In this document: positions 37,872 through 51,138 of the stretch, piece by piece
Layout of the letters: each line of letters begins with the position of its first letter
Position numbering within the stretch: the first letter of the stretch is position 1
Assembly: GCA_951406725.2 (NCBI GenBank)
Contig: OX597829.1
Coordinates: forward strand, 28,644,001-28,708,000
Origin: Octopus vulgaris
Lineage: Eukaryota
Direction: 5' to 3'
DNA: 64,000 nt
The notes under the pieces: model-generated
Told to the model about the DNA's origin: nothing
Databases searched by the model: none
What the model saw: the letters and a program-made list of their open reading frames with translations, nothing else
Made by a program: the position numbers and the translations under genes

Positions 37872-38794
37872 ACTCTTTTACTTGTTTCAGTCATTTGACT
37901 GTGGCCATGCTGGAGCACCGCCTTTAGTCAGGCAAATCGACCCCAGGACTTATTCTTTGTAAGCCAAGTACTTATTCTATAAATCTCTTTTTGCTGAACT
38001 GCTAAGTTATGGGGACATACACACACCGGCATTGGTTGTCAAGTGATGTTGGGGGGGGGGGGACAGACACACAAACATATATATATATATACATATATAT
38101 GACGGGCTTCTTTCAGTTTCCGTCTACCAAATCCATTCACAAGGCTTTGGTCGGCCTGAGACTATAGTAGAAGACACTTGCACAAGGTGCTACGCAGTGC
38201 GACTGAACCCGGAGCCATGTGGTCCGTAAGCAATCTACTTACCACACAGCCACTGAGGAAATATTACTTTGCTTGGAAAGAGGTGAAAGTTAAATAAGAA
38301 GAAGGATATTCCTCCAACTCATGCAAGCATAGGAAAGTGGATGTTAAAACAATGATTATATATATATATAATTGGTGCTGCGTGAAAAGCACTGATGATG
38401 ATGCACATAAAAAATACCTAGTACACTCTGAAAAGTTGTTGGCATTAGGAAGGGCACCCAGCTGTAGAAACCATATCAAAACAGACTATGAAACCTGGAG
38501 TGGCCCCTGGTCTTGACAATTGCTCTCAGGTCATCCAACTCTTGCCAGCATGGAAAACAGAACTTAAATGAACATGATGAGGATGGTGATATATATGAGG
38601 AGAATGATATATATATTTATTTATTCTTTTACTTGTTTCAATCATTTGACCGGGGCCACGCTGGAGCACTGCCTTTTAGTCGAAGAAATCAACCCCTAAC
38701 TTATTCTTTGTAAGCCTGATACATGAAACACACCAACATTGGTTGTCATGTAATGATGGGGGGGGGGGACAAACAGACACAAAGACACGCATAC

Positions 38795-38825
<31 letters not shown>

Positions 38826-38975
38826 GATGGGCTTCGTTCAGTTTCTGTCTACCAAATCCACTCACAAGGCTTTGGTCGGCCTGAGTCTATTGTAGAAGAC
38901 ACCCAAGGTGCTATGCAGTGAGACTGAACTCAGAACCATGTAGGTGAGAAGCAAGCTTCTAACCACACAGCCACA
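37872..38975 (-). mobile_element. Two CORE-type SINEs (37872-38255 and 38620-38975) with RTE-tail relics between them
   Basis: Family motifs on the minus strand. Confidence 0.85.
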
Positions 38976-39363
38976 TCATCATTGTTTAAGCTAGCATGGG
39001 TCAGAGGGAACACCCTTCGTCACCAACCCTCACCCATTTCCAAGTAAGGTTTAATATCTCCTCCATGGTCAGACATGTTTTCATGGAAGACCGAAGGTGC
39101 CACACAGTGGGACTGAACCGAGAACCACGTGGTTGAGAAGCAAACTTTTAAACTATACAATCATAGTCATTGTAATGGGAGGTAGTTAAATGGAGAGTAG
39201 CATAAAGTCAATGATAAAAAGAGAGGGCATAAGTAAAAGAGAGAGAGAGAGAGAGAGAATGGGAGGGAGTGAGAGAGACAGAGAGAGGGATGGGTTAGAC
39301 TTAACTAAAAGAAAATATCTTAAGACTATTTCTTGAATAAGAATAGCTAACAGTTGTACACTT

Positions 39364-39424
<61 letters not shown>
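39364..39424. repeat. Compound (TG)n(GA)n microsatellite
   Basis: Directly visible. Confidence 0.95.
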
Positions 39425-39427
<3 letters not shown>

Positions 39428-40744
39428 AAGGAGAACTAACAATAAAAGAACATCTAAAACAAAAAGAAAAACCAAATGAAAAGCAACTCCTCCTACTTCC
39501 ATTCTGTTAAAATTTTTAACAAACACTAAAGCATTGCAAAGACTGGAGAATAAAGTTGATAATGGAAAAATTAGAGAAAAAAATAAAACACTACTACTTC
39601 TACTAGTATTGACAATAACAACAACAACAGAGATAGAAGAAAAAAAAGCAAGGATAAAAAGTGAAATAATAGTAAGACAATGTAGTATTTTGTGGCAGAG
39701 AAAGAAGAAAAAAAAAAGGATAAGGAAAGAATGAATGAAATTTCAAAGAAAGGAAGAGTGGGGAGTGAAAGAGTGAGGAGAAAAATCAATGTGTGGTTAG
39801 TGTCTCAGAGTTAAGTAGTAGGCATATATTCATTAACTATTTGTCACATGATCAAAACATCCAATGAAATTCAACTGAAGTGAAGTAGAAGAAAGCTGAA
39901 TGAAGAAAATAGGAGGATTTGTCAGTCATGGTATAAGCTACATATACATATCTATAGTCATATTTTCAGTGAAATAGCATTACAATATCCATATAAAACA
40001 ACAGAATATCATAAATACAATATAATCGATAGATAGGTATATCTTGCTTATATTTTTTTTTTTACATTATATATGCAGTTGTATAATACCTGTTATTGGA
40101 AATGTTCAAATCTTGATATGGGATGAACTGTATGTGATGCATTGATTAATAAATCTTATTGATCAATTATCAAACCATCTATATTTGTTATGCAAACCAT
40201 GTTTATACTAGAGACTAACCTACTGCGATTTACCACAATTGCTTGACTGATCCTACAACAAATGAAGTTTTATTGTGGCAGATTTTCTACAAATTTTCTA
40301 TACCCGGCTCTTCTTGTCACCAACTTATATTTGTTTCCAAACAGGGTTAATAATACATTCTGTAGTTCTTTGAAACCATGAACACCATGATGGCCAGAAT
40401 ATTTCCATAGAAGACTGGAAATGACTAATGTTGCTCATGTGAGTGCACCTGAAGACAACCAGTGGCCAAAACACTCATAGTCTAAAGTATACATGCACAC
40501 ACACACATGTATGTGTGTGTGTGTGTGTGTGAAATAGCATACAATTTGTCTCCTGCAAGTGAGTATGAATTGGTAGCATGTACCAATCTTTTGCAAATTG
40601 TTTTTAGGTGCCTATGTAGTCATGAAGAGATACAAACAACAATGGCCAGACAGATAGATAGATAGATAGATGTTTGTACATGTTTGTGTGTGTGTGTATA
40701 AGCTTGCTTTGCAAATATGTCAAAGGATATAACTTGAGCAAATA

Positions 40745-40982
40745 TTTCTTATTTTTTTATTGTGCCCAAGGGGCTAAACATAGAGGGGGACAAACAAGGA
40801 CAGACAAAGGGATCAAGTTGATTACATCAACCCCAGTGCGTAACTGGTACTTAACTTATCGACCGCAAAGGGATGAAAGGCAAAGTTGACCTTAGCGGCA
40901 TTTGAACTCAGAAAGTAACACAGACAAAATATCGTTAGGCATTTCACCCAGCATGCTAATATTTCTGCCAGCTCACCACCTT
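40745..40982 (-). mobile_element. Deu/Nin-domain tRNA-SINE
   Basis: Reverse complement of the 24255 element. Confidence 0.85.
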
Positions 40983-41072
40983 GAGCAAATATTTCTTTTC
41001 TACCATACCATTTACTCAGCCAATGCCTTGCGAATTTTAGTGAACTGGAAGAGCAGTATGAAAACATGTTGA

Positions 41073-41131
<59 letters not shown>

Positions 41132-42801
41132 CACCCACACACATACCACCAACCATTTACCTCCTCAGTTCATCCCAATACCTATCACTTCTCTATCACC
41201 TGAGAGCAGAATAGGCACACACCACATCCCTCCCACCTACTTTCTCAGTTAGCTTCCTTCCTTCACCCCACCCCCGCCCCATTATCTCTACTCCCCAAAC
41301 TCACCCCTACTGTCTTCAGCAATCACCTCCTTTCTGTGCCTTCTCTCCCTGTGTGGTTAATACCTTGCTTATCTGTTATCACCCTCAGTACCCTCACATA
41401 TCTAATGCAGCCTCCACCCAGCTTCTATATTTCACCCCATCATATTTGCCACCGTCACCACTATCCTACCCATTCACTTAGTCCAAACCTCTGCATCACC
41501 TCACTTATTCTCACTCACTGTCCCCCACCTTCAATGCCCCTCACCCCCAAAGGGCATGTGCCCCCAACACATCTTCACCACCATCTCTCTCATTATTGCT
41601 CTCTCTATTTTACTCTGACTTAACCACTCTTTTTATCTTACTCTCTTCCTTTCTTTTCCAACCAGAGCATCCGTGTTTCCATTGTACAGAAAACACCTAT
41701 CTGTGTCCCTCTATACCTTTAATCTCTCAACTGGTACAAAACCACTCCCACCCTCAATACTGCTTCTACTTCCCAGCTGACCGGGGGGGGGGGGTTCCTT
41801 TTGCAAGGTACTTGGCAACTGGCTGGTGCTGGTGCCGCATGAAAACCATCCAGAACGCTCTGTAAAGTGGTTGGTGACAGGAAGGGCTTCCAGCAATAGA
41901 AACCATGTCAAAGCAATGAAGCCTGGTGCAGCATCTGCCCAACCAATTCCAGAAAAACAGACATTAAATGATAATGATGCATATGTCATCATCATCATCA
42001 TCATTCAACACCAGTCTTACAAGCTGTCATGGGTTGGATGGTTTGACATGAGCCAGCCAGGTAGAAGACTACCCTAGGCTATTATGCCTGTTTTGGCATA
42101 GTTGGATGCCCTTCCTAGCACCAACCACCCCATAGAGTGGACTGAGTGTTTTTTATGTGGCACCAACATATATATGTGTGTGTGTGTGTGTGCATGCACA
42201 CACATGCACATAAACACACACACACAAATATATATAATATATTCATATGTATATATAAACTGTAATTATCACTCACAAGCAGGTACGACTCAGTAGTATT
42301 GTACCATGCATTCACTAATTTGTTTTAGGTGCCTATATACTCAGCCCTCCTATCTTTTGACTTAGTGGAACATTTAGAATGAAATGCCTGAAAGAAGAGG
42401 ACTTCACCAGCTCTTGGCTGATGTTCATTTTAGCTGTATGTGCCTTACTCTCAAAGACAATACACTGATAGTTTCAAGAATTAAATCTAGAAATAAACGT
42501 GTACTAGTGTTTCATCAGTAAGCAGTACATCATCATTGTTTTAACATCTACATTTACATGCTTGCATGGGTTAGACAAAATTAACTGAAGTAGGTTTTCT
42601 ACAGCCAGATGCCTTTCCTACCACCTCCTCCTCCCCCCCATTTGTTTCCAAGCATTGTAACATTATTCATCAGATAGTGGAACAGCATTATTTTCTCAAA
42701 CTACACCTTACCTTCTATGAAATACTATATCATATTTATCAAACTGTGAGGTAACAGTTAGCTACAGATGTTTATCAAAACTGGGATATCAAAGATGGCA
42801 G

Positions 42802-43134
42802 TATTGGCTACAGACATAAATTTAGCTATATTTATTAATTTATATGAAACGCCACTATGCTATTCATTGAAACCCTTGTGATGATGTAACAGATACATTT
42901 ACAGTGAAAAACACATGATATAATGATTAGAGTATTGACCTAGTGAACATTAAGTGATGGATTTGATTCCCAAATTGGAAAACATACATATATATTCTGG
43001 TTCAGGAATCAAATCCCTGATTTAATGATCACTGTGTATATATATATATTACATCATCACAACAGTTCCAGTAAAAAATGTAATGATATTTCACATAGAT
43101 TAATAAATATAACTAGATTTGTCTGTAGCCAATA
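42802..43134. mobile_element. Palindromic foldback/MITE relic (~330 bp)
   Basis: Paired blocks TATTGGCTACAGACA/TGTCTGTAGCCAATA, TTGTGATGATGTAA/TTACATCATCACAA and GGATTTGATTCC/GGAATCAAATCC. Confidence 0.85.
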
Positions 43135-43216
43135 AATATATGCTTTACTGTGAACGTATGTCTAATGAGATGCACATGGTAAACAGTAATGCTTTGTAAT
43201 ATAACAAAATCAAATA

Positions 43217-43430
43217 AGGCACCAAGCTGACAGAATTTTTAGCATGCTGGGCAAAATGCTTAGTGGCATTTCATCCATTTTTAAGTTCTGAGTTCAAATT
43301 CTGCTGAGGTCAACTTTACCATTTATCCTTTCAGGGTTAATAAAATAAGTAGTTGAACACTGGTGTCAATGCAATTGACTTTATTCTCTCTCCCTGAAAT
43401 TGCTAGCCTTGTGCCAAAATTTGAAACCAA
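43217..43430 (+). mobile_element. Deu/Nin-domain SINE
   Basis: Family motifs. Ends CTTGTGCCAAAATTTGAAACC. Confidence 0.8.
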
Positions 43431-44638
43431 CATTACAAAATCAATTATATTTATATTCCTGAATAGCATATACCATCAAGTGTTGAAATATATACCATAA
43501 CTTCCACTCTGATATATACATAAAAAAAGGAAAATGCACAGAATTTATTTTTATGAGATAAAATATTTACATAGTCGACCGGTTTTGCTTTTGCTAATCA
43601 TGACCAACAAAATTGGCAATAATATAACAATTTCATGGTATCATAAGAGGTTTACAATCCATGTTCGTAGAAGGAAAGTTATTTTGTAAATGAATCACAT
43701 TATATATATATAATGTGCCTGTGTGACAAATGAGGTATTACAGTTCTGTATTAATGGATAGAAAGCAGGTTTTAGCATTTTCAACATTAGCCCTTCATCA
43801 GAGAATGAAAGAGATTAGCATACAGGGAAAGAGAAATAATCTATGGGGTGAGGAAAGCAGAAAGGTGAAACAAATGTGTAGATGCACTGATGCAATTATA
43901 AAAGTGTATCTATGTTTTGAAACAGGCAATAAGGGGTGGAGATTTGATGGGAGCATGTATGTCATTGAAAGTTTGAATTTGAGCAGGTGAGACTGGATAT
44001 GAGCGTTGAGGTAATAAACGTATTGATAAACTGTGTGTCCAACTGAAATAACAAAAATACAAAGTATGAAAACATTTTTCACAAAGAATTTCAAAACTAA
44101 AGTTTGATAACAAGAGAAAAATGAATTCTGTGAAGAGAGGAAAAGTCAAAGAAATTAAGAATTTACTATACATCAACAGCAAGAGGTCTTGAAGAGTTTG
44201 GTAGAATGTTCCAGAGAATGGTAAGAAACATGTAAAATCCATAAAGAAGAAATATCTGTAAAGAGGAAGCTGATAAAATCCACAGAGAAAAAAAATATTG
44301 ATAAGCAGATAAAAACCTAGACATAATGCACATGGTCTAGAAAGAAGGTGGCAGAAGGGGTACAATATTTGCCATTTTTTAAGAGATGAGTGAACAGTAA
44401 GGGGGGGGGGGCAGAAATTGTTGTGTGTGTAAGCTGTGTTAGTGTGTTGACCATGCGTCAGTGTAGAAGCAGTGAAGGTTGAGATGTGGATAGTGAAAGG
44501 TAGGCAGGAAGGGTACGAGTGGAGATGCTGGTGAGCTCCAAGGGAGAAGGGAAGTGGGGTAGCAAGAGGAATAAGGTAAGTCTAGAGTATGTGGGGAAAT
44601 TGCACATTAGACCGAAGAGCATGAAAATTTAGAATTTG

Positions 44639-44696
<58 letters not shown>

Positions 44697-45618
44697 TATA
44701 TATACATACACATACATACATACATGTATCCACTTTTCATTGCTTGCATGGACGGATGCCTTTCTTGTCACCAACTCATTTGTTTTGTTTCCAAACTGTA
44801 TGTGTGTGTACATGCAGACACACGCATGCATATAGTAGAAATATGCATACATATCCATGAGGGACAGAGTGCATCCAATATTATTAACAAAATAAACAGA
44901 ACACACACTCTGAAAATAGCATTTTTTCCAATGAAAATAGCATTTTTTCCTGACATCCAAAACTCAAAGTTTTATCATGACTACCAAATAATTGTCACAT
45001 ATTATATTTACGTGCGCGTGTGTGTGTGTGTGTGTTGATGCAAACAAGAGAAATAAAACTCAAAATATGAGTACATGTATATTTTTATTAATATTTAGAA
45101 GTAACAAGATTCAAGGTTTGAGAGTTTCATTGCCAACACAAAAAATTCTCGGACCTCGAGTCTTGTTATTTCTGCTAGATATTAAAAATAAAATTAAAAA
45201 AACTATATATAAAGTAGTGGCTGTGTGGTAAGTAGCTTGCTTACCAACCACATGGTTCTGGGTTCAGTTCAACTGAGTGGCACCTTGGGCAAGTGTCTTC
45301 TACTATAGCCTCAGGCCGACCAAAGCCTTGTGAGTGGATTTGGTAGGTGGAAACTGAAAGAAGCCTGTTGCCAAGAAAATAGCATTTTTTCCTATGGCTG
45401 GATAACTGAAGAGATGCTGGTGTGGATTTCCACCCCATCATCCGAAACTCTAATGTTTTATCATGGCTACCGAATAATTGTCACATATTACGTTTACAGA
45501 TAAAATCCTCTATTTACATAATATTGAGGTCTCTTTTATTCTTTTATTGTCTTACCATTTCTATCAATATATATAAGAATTTTGTCAAGCACACTAATGA
45601 ATCTGCCAGCTTGCCACC

Positions 45619-45619
<1 letters not shown>

Positions 45620-45682
<63 letters not shown>

Positions 45683-45700
45683 CGATGATGATGATAATGA
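45620..45700. repeat. (AAT)n microsatellite
   Basis: Directly visible. Similar tracts occur at ~1785, 55083 and 61064. Confidence 0.95.
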
Positions 45701-46029
45701 ATTCTCCTGTTGAAGACAATGTATGGATGTTCAACTTTTTCCAAATGACCTGCACAAATGATTTGTTTATAGTAAGTAATCAAATGTATGTGTCATACAT
45801 GAACTTACTCTCTTCATCAAATCAACATTGCCTGAACAGGCGCATGGTGTACCACATGTCAGGTACTAAAAGTGATTGCAGAATTTTGCCCAAGAACACA
45901 ATGCCCTACCTGGTCTAGGTATTGAAACCATGATATCACAATTGTGAGTGCAACACTAGGCCATGCGTCCTCAGTAATAATAATAATAATAATAATAATG
46001 ATAGTGATGATGATGATGATAATAATAAT

Positions 46030-46460
46030 AATAATAATAACAGAATTAGGAATAAGTCATTTACATCAACATCAGAGCTCGACTGGTAATTATTTTATCG
46101 ACCCCCAAAAGGATGAAAGGCAAAGATCTCAGCAGAATTTGAACTCGGAATGTAAAGATAGACAAAATGTCACTAAGCATTTTGGTCTGTGTGTTAACAA
46201 TTCTACCAGTTTGCTGCAACAACAACAACAACAATAATAATAATGGTTTTAAATTTTGGCACAATGCCAACAATTTCTGGGGAGGGAGTAAGTTGATTAC
46301 ATTGACCCAAGTGCTCAATTGGTACTTGTTTTATCAACTTTGAAAAGGACGCAAGGGAAAGTCAACTTTGACAGAACTTGAACTCGAAATGTAATTACAG
46401 ATGAAATACTACTAAACATTTTGCTCGCCATACTAACGATTCTGCCAGCTTGCTGCCTAA
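46030..46460 (-). mobile_element. Two tandem Deu/Nin-domain SINEs separated by (AAC)n(AAT)n
   Basis: SINE body repeated twice, with AAT tracts on both sides. Confidence 0.8.
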
Positions 46461-47941
46461 ATAATAATAATAATAATAATAATAATGACGCCGACGACAA
46501 TAATAATGATAATCCTCTATACAGGCACAGACATGGCTGCATAATTAAGAAGTTGACTTTACATCCAAATGTTTTGGGCGTCAGTCCCACCTTGACACAC
46601 TTGTTGGTTTGTTTCTGTCCTTGTAACTTGGTAGTTCAGTAAAAGAGATGGAATAAGTAAGTACTACCACTTAGAATACAAGTACTAGAGTCGATTACTT
46701 CAATTAAAACCCTTCAGGGGTTGTGCCCAACCATGGCCACAGTCCAATGAAGAGTGGAACGAGTCATGTCGCAGTTCATTTAGCTGAGAGTTTGGTTGGT
46801 ATAGGTGTCAGTATATGATATAAGGCACCACATCTTCCAGGTGTGTTAACTGTGATAGACTAGCATCCTGCCGGTGCATGGAGGAGGTCAGGAGATGGTG
46901 GTGATGGCAGTTAGTTCCCTCTTATCTACATAACACACTACTGAGTAGCTGAATATAGCAAGCAACACATGGAAGATATATATTATCGTGTCTATCTTGT
47001 TTTTCTTATATTATCAATATATTTTTTATATTATTTATTTATTCGTTTATATTAGAGAAGATAGAGGTGGCACTTAAAGCATTCCCAGGAAAGTTAAGTT
47101 GGTCATCGCCACCACCATCATCTGCTGCTAACAATGAAGACTTTATGAGGCCTTGCAAAACAAACGTAGCTATATCTCCCTCAAATTAAACCTAGACTGT
47201 TTTTTAAAAAACAGGGGGGAAAAAAGCAAACATACTTAATAATGCAAACAGGGGATATGATGTTTAAAAATAATACAGGACAGTCATGGTTGGAATGCCT
47301 TGGATTGTAGGTTTGCTAGATCAGAGCTGACCAGAAGTTAACAGCTACTATAATATCATGAGCTGGGGGAGGGAAAACCAGGGGAAAAGAACTTGGAAAA
47401 AAACGAAATCATTGGATAGGCATAAGCACACATGTGCAGTTAAGACACTCTCTCTGCAACCATGTGGTCCTGAGTTCATTTCAACTATGTGGTATCTTGA
47501 ACTGTCCACTACTACTACTACTACTATATTAGTAGACCAATCAATAGAGTCTGAGCAATTTTGGTAGATAAAAACTGTGAGGAAGCCTACCGTTTAAATA
47601 AGTGTGTGTGTGTGTGTGTGTCTTTGGGTGTTCCTTTCCACTGCTTGACAAGTGGTGTTGGATTGTGTATGTCTCTATAACTTAGCAGCTTGACAAAAGC
47701 AACTGATAGAATTAGTATCAGACTTTAAAAACAGAAAGAAAAAAAAAAGAACTGGAGTCAATTTATTTGACTTAAACCATTTAGTGCAGTACCCTAGTAC
47801 AGATGTGGTCCAATAACTGACACAATTAAAAGAAAAATTGGATACAGTATAATGAAGTCGTTTATTACTGAAAGATTTTTCTTTCTTTCTTTCTTTTTTG
47901 TCTTTTTGTCAGAGTCATCTGTTTCTACCACTCCATCATAC

Positions 47942-48026
47942 CTGATTGTGGTGGTTGTTCTGTAATATCGAGAAAATCTTTGCTGATGTAGTTTAGTTCA
48001 AAATGGAGAGGGAGGAGGAATAAAAT
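47942..48026 (-). CDS. Candidate 85-nt internal exon of an unidentified gene
   Basis: GTATGTTTTATTAG|...CAG|GTATGA. The single open frame reads ILFLLPLHFELNYISKDFLDITEQPPQS and ends in phase 1, compatible with the 6923-6965 exon. Confidence 0.5.
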
Positions 48027-48359
48027 CTAATAAAACATACAAGTAAAAATTCTTGTCTGCTGAATGAAAAGAAGAGTAATACAGACAACCGAAACTCTTT
48101 GGTTAAATAGTCTGATAGTCTGAATGGAATGTTGGTAAGCAACAACAAAATGGTACTGTCACAAGGTGAAGTTAAACAAAAGGTTGAAATACCATTTTGA
48201 GTTAGTTGAAATTATAACACACACACACAATCTGCAGTGTTCTGTCTCTAAAAGTAGTATTAGTAGTAGTGATGGTGGTGGTGGTAGAGGTGTAGACAGA
48301 CAGAGAAAACAATGATTGACATAACTGTGTGTGAGCATGTGTTTGTGTGTGTGCATGTA

Positions 48360-48408
<49 letters not shown>

Positions 48409-49019
48409 TACACACACACTCACATATATATATATAATAAATTATGACAAAGACTTTTTTGTGTTCTAAATAGAATAGATTAATTTCGCCTCTACTATTG
48501 TGTATTCCACATGACCAGAGAAACTATAATTCCAACACACACATGACACTGAAAGGAGCTGTCGTAGAATTAAAATGTGAAAATGCAAAACATTGTCCAG
48601 CTTGAAATTTTAGTGGAACAAATAATCAGCTTTTATTGACAAATCTTTTACTGAAAACAAGTCTCATGAGTATCTCTCACCCATTGTCTTTTCTAAATTG
48701 CCGTTTTAGATTGGCTCATTCGTTATCCTCTTTAATCCTTTTGATACCGACCTGCCTGAAACCACCCCTGGTTCTATGGAACAAGCTTCCTATTTTTAAA
48801 ATGATCTAAGTTTTAAAATTTGCCATTAAAATTTCAAATGTCAGCTTAATAATGACAAAGTTATTTTACTATATTCTTCTTCATTATTTTTTTAAAATTC
48901 ATTGAAAGAAAAACAGTGTATTTCAAAAGAAATATAGAAACAGAAGTGTCAAGCATGCACAGACCGAACCCTCTCTCTCCAACAAAACTTTTAGCAACTA
49001 TTCCTATTTTACAATGAAA

Positions 49020-49352
49020 TTATCGTCATCATTGTCATCATCATCATCATTAAACATCTGCTTTCCATGTAGCATGGATTGAACAATTTGACTGAGGTCT
49101 GGCAAACCAGATGGCTGCACCAGGCTCCAATCTTGATCTGGCAGAGTTTCTACAGCTGGATGCTCTTCCTAATGCCAACCACTCCGAGAGTGTAGTGGTT
49201 GCTTTTACATGCCACCGGCATGAGGGCCAGTCAGGCGGTACTGGCAAAGGCCATGCTCAAATGGTGTTTTTTTACGTGCCACCTGCACAGTCCAGCAGCA
49301 CTGGCAATGACCTTGCTCGAATTCTTTTTCATGTGCCAGTAAGGCGATGCTG
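49020..49352 (-). mobile_element. RTE 3'UTR / tail fragment
   Basis: Reverse complement of 18780-19065, including the (GAT)n tail. Confidence 0.85.
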
Positions 49353-49372
49353 ACCAACAGAAATTATGTTCA

Positions 49373-49903
49373 CCCTTTTGTTACGGTAGTTCAGCTGAAG
49401 CACACTGCCTTAATTTCAATTTTGAGAGCAATGAACAAATTAGTAAAATAACTTCTGTTGTTTTTAAGTTGATGTTTGGATCAAAAATTAACATGAAACT
49501 TTGATGGAACGTTTCTATTTAATCACTTTAACTCTTTTGTTACCATATTTCTGTTGAAATGCACAGCCTTTATTTCAATTAATTTTGAAAGTAATGTAGA
49601 ATTTAATAAAATAGCATTGTCATTAAGTTGACGTTTGGTACAAAAATTAGCATGAAATTTGGATGGTGTTAATATAGATCATTTCCGCCCCTTTTTTTTT
49701 TTACCATATTTCAATTGAAAATACACTGCTTTAATTCCAATAAATTTTTTTTAAATAATGAGTAATTTAGTAAATTAAAGTTGTAATTATTAAGCTGGTG
49801 TTGGAAACATGAATTATTACAAAATGTTGATGGAAGGTTTCAATTTTAAAACATGAAATTTGTATTATAGAACCAAGTTAGTTTCTGGCAGGTTGGTATC
49901 AAC
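49373..49903. mobile_element. Three tandem piggyBac-like MITE A units
   Basis: Units start at ~49373, ~49532 and ~49688. Only the last carries the distal end (GGCAGGTTGGTATCAA). Confidence 0.75.
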
Positions 49904-49949
49904 CCGATGCATCAAGAGTACTCTTAAATGGGCTGCACATGCAACACTG

Positions 49950-50345
49950 GCATTGGCCATGGCTGCAATCTCACTTTATTTGCCGGGTCTTCTCAATCAC
50001 AGCACATCTCCAGAGTTCTCAGTCTCCTGTCATTACCTCTGTGAGGCCGATGTTTGAAGGTCATGCTTCACCATCTCATCCCAGGTCAACCTCTTCCACA
50101 GGTTCCCTCTACTTCTAGGGTGTGACACCTTTTCACACAGCTGTCCTCATCAATGTGCAACACATGACTATACCAGTGCAGTCGTCTCTTTTGCACACCA
50201 TATCTGATGCTTCTTATGTCCAACTTTTCTCTCAGGGTGCTTACACTCTATTGTGCATGCACACAGACTTACAAATCCAACGGAGCATACTAGCTTCATT
50301 TCTTTCAAGCTTATGCATGTCCTCAGCAGTCACAGCCCACGTTTT
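49950..50345 (-). mobile_element. RTE LINE C-terminal fragment
   Basis: TWAVTAEDMHKLERNEASMLRWIC, homologous to 18198-18600. Confidence 0.85.
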
Positions 50346-50759
50346 ATTGTCGCGCGCGTGTGCGTGTGTGTGTATGCATGTGTGTGTGTGTGCATAGGTA
50401 TGTATATAAACTTTATTAAAAAGCAGCAAGTCAGTTAAGTAATAACGTGAAATTAGTTACCCGATAGTAAGAATTCAAATCAAGTAGCCCCAAAAATGGC
50501 TTTAATATGTTCCCAGAGTATACAGAACATAGGAAGAAATGCTAGTAAGGTATGTATACTAAAATCATGAAGCATGTTACGTAATAACATATAACAATTC
50601 AAAGTAAATAACTCTGATAAGGGCTTTTGTGTGTTCCCAGAGAATATTACCCTCAGGCATGCTAGTGTTGGTATACTCGTGAATAAGTCAATGACCAAAA
50701 TAAGTGGATCTATTGTTAAGGAAAATACTATTTATTTGTTTAAGGGTTTGTACTGGATA

Positions 50760-51052
50760 ATTTGCGGAAATAACTCTAACAGTTTAAATACTAAGAAATA
50801 AGCATACTCAATTTCATTTTTACCAAATAATCTAGGGAAATGAATGGGTTATTTCTTTTGGCTATATGTAAGGATCCATTCCAGGGGCCCTATTACTGAT
50901 TTTTTTTCAACAATCTGAGTATGCCATGAGATTTCCTGACAGGAGTTTTACTCATGTCTCAAGTTTCATCAAAATCAATAAAACTATGTAGGAGGAGCTA
51001 GCTAACAACTCCACAAACACACCCACAGACAGAATTTCCCACATATGTAGAT
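50760..51052 (+). mobile_element. Helitron/Helentron-like non-autonomous relic
   Basis: AAGTTTCATCAAAATC...CACAGACAGAATTTCCCACATATGTAGAT terminal pattern. Confidence 0.45.
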
Positions 51053-51101
51053 GTGTGTGTGTGTATATATATGGATATATAAATACATATATGTACATAC
51101 T

Positions 51102-51138
<37 letters not shown>

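Noticed and set aside
43910-44365. 151-aa hydrophobic minus-strand ORF
   Set aside because: Low-complexity F/L-rich translation of purine-rich decayed repeat DNA, non-ATG start, and no splice support.
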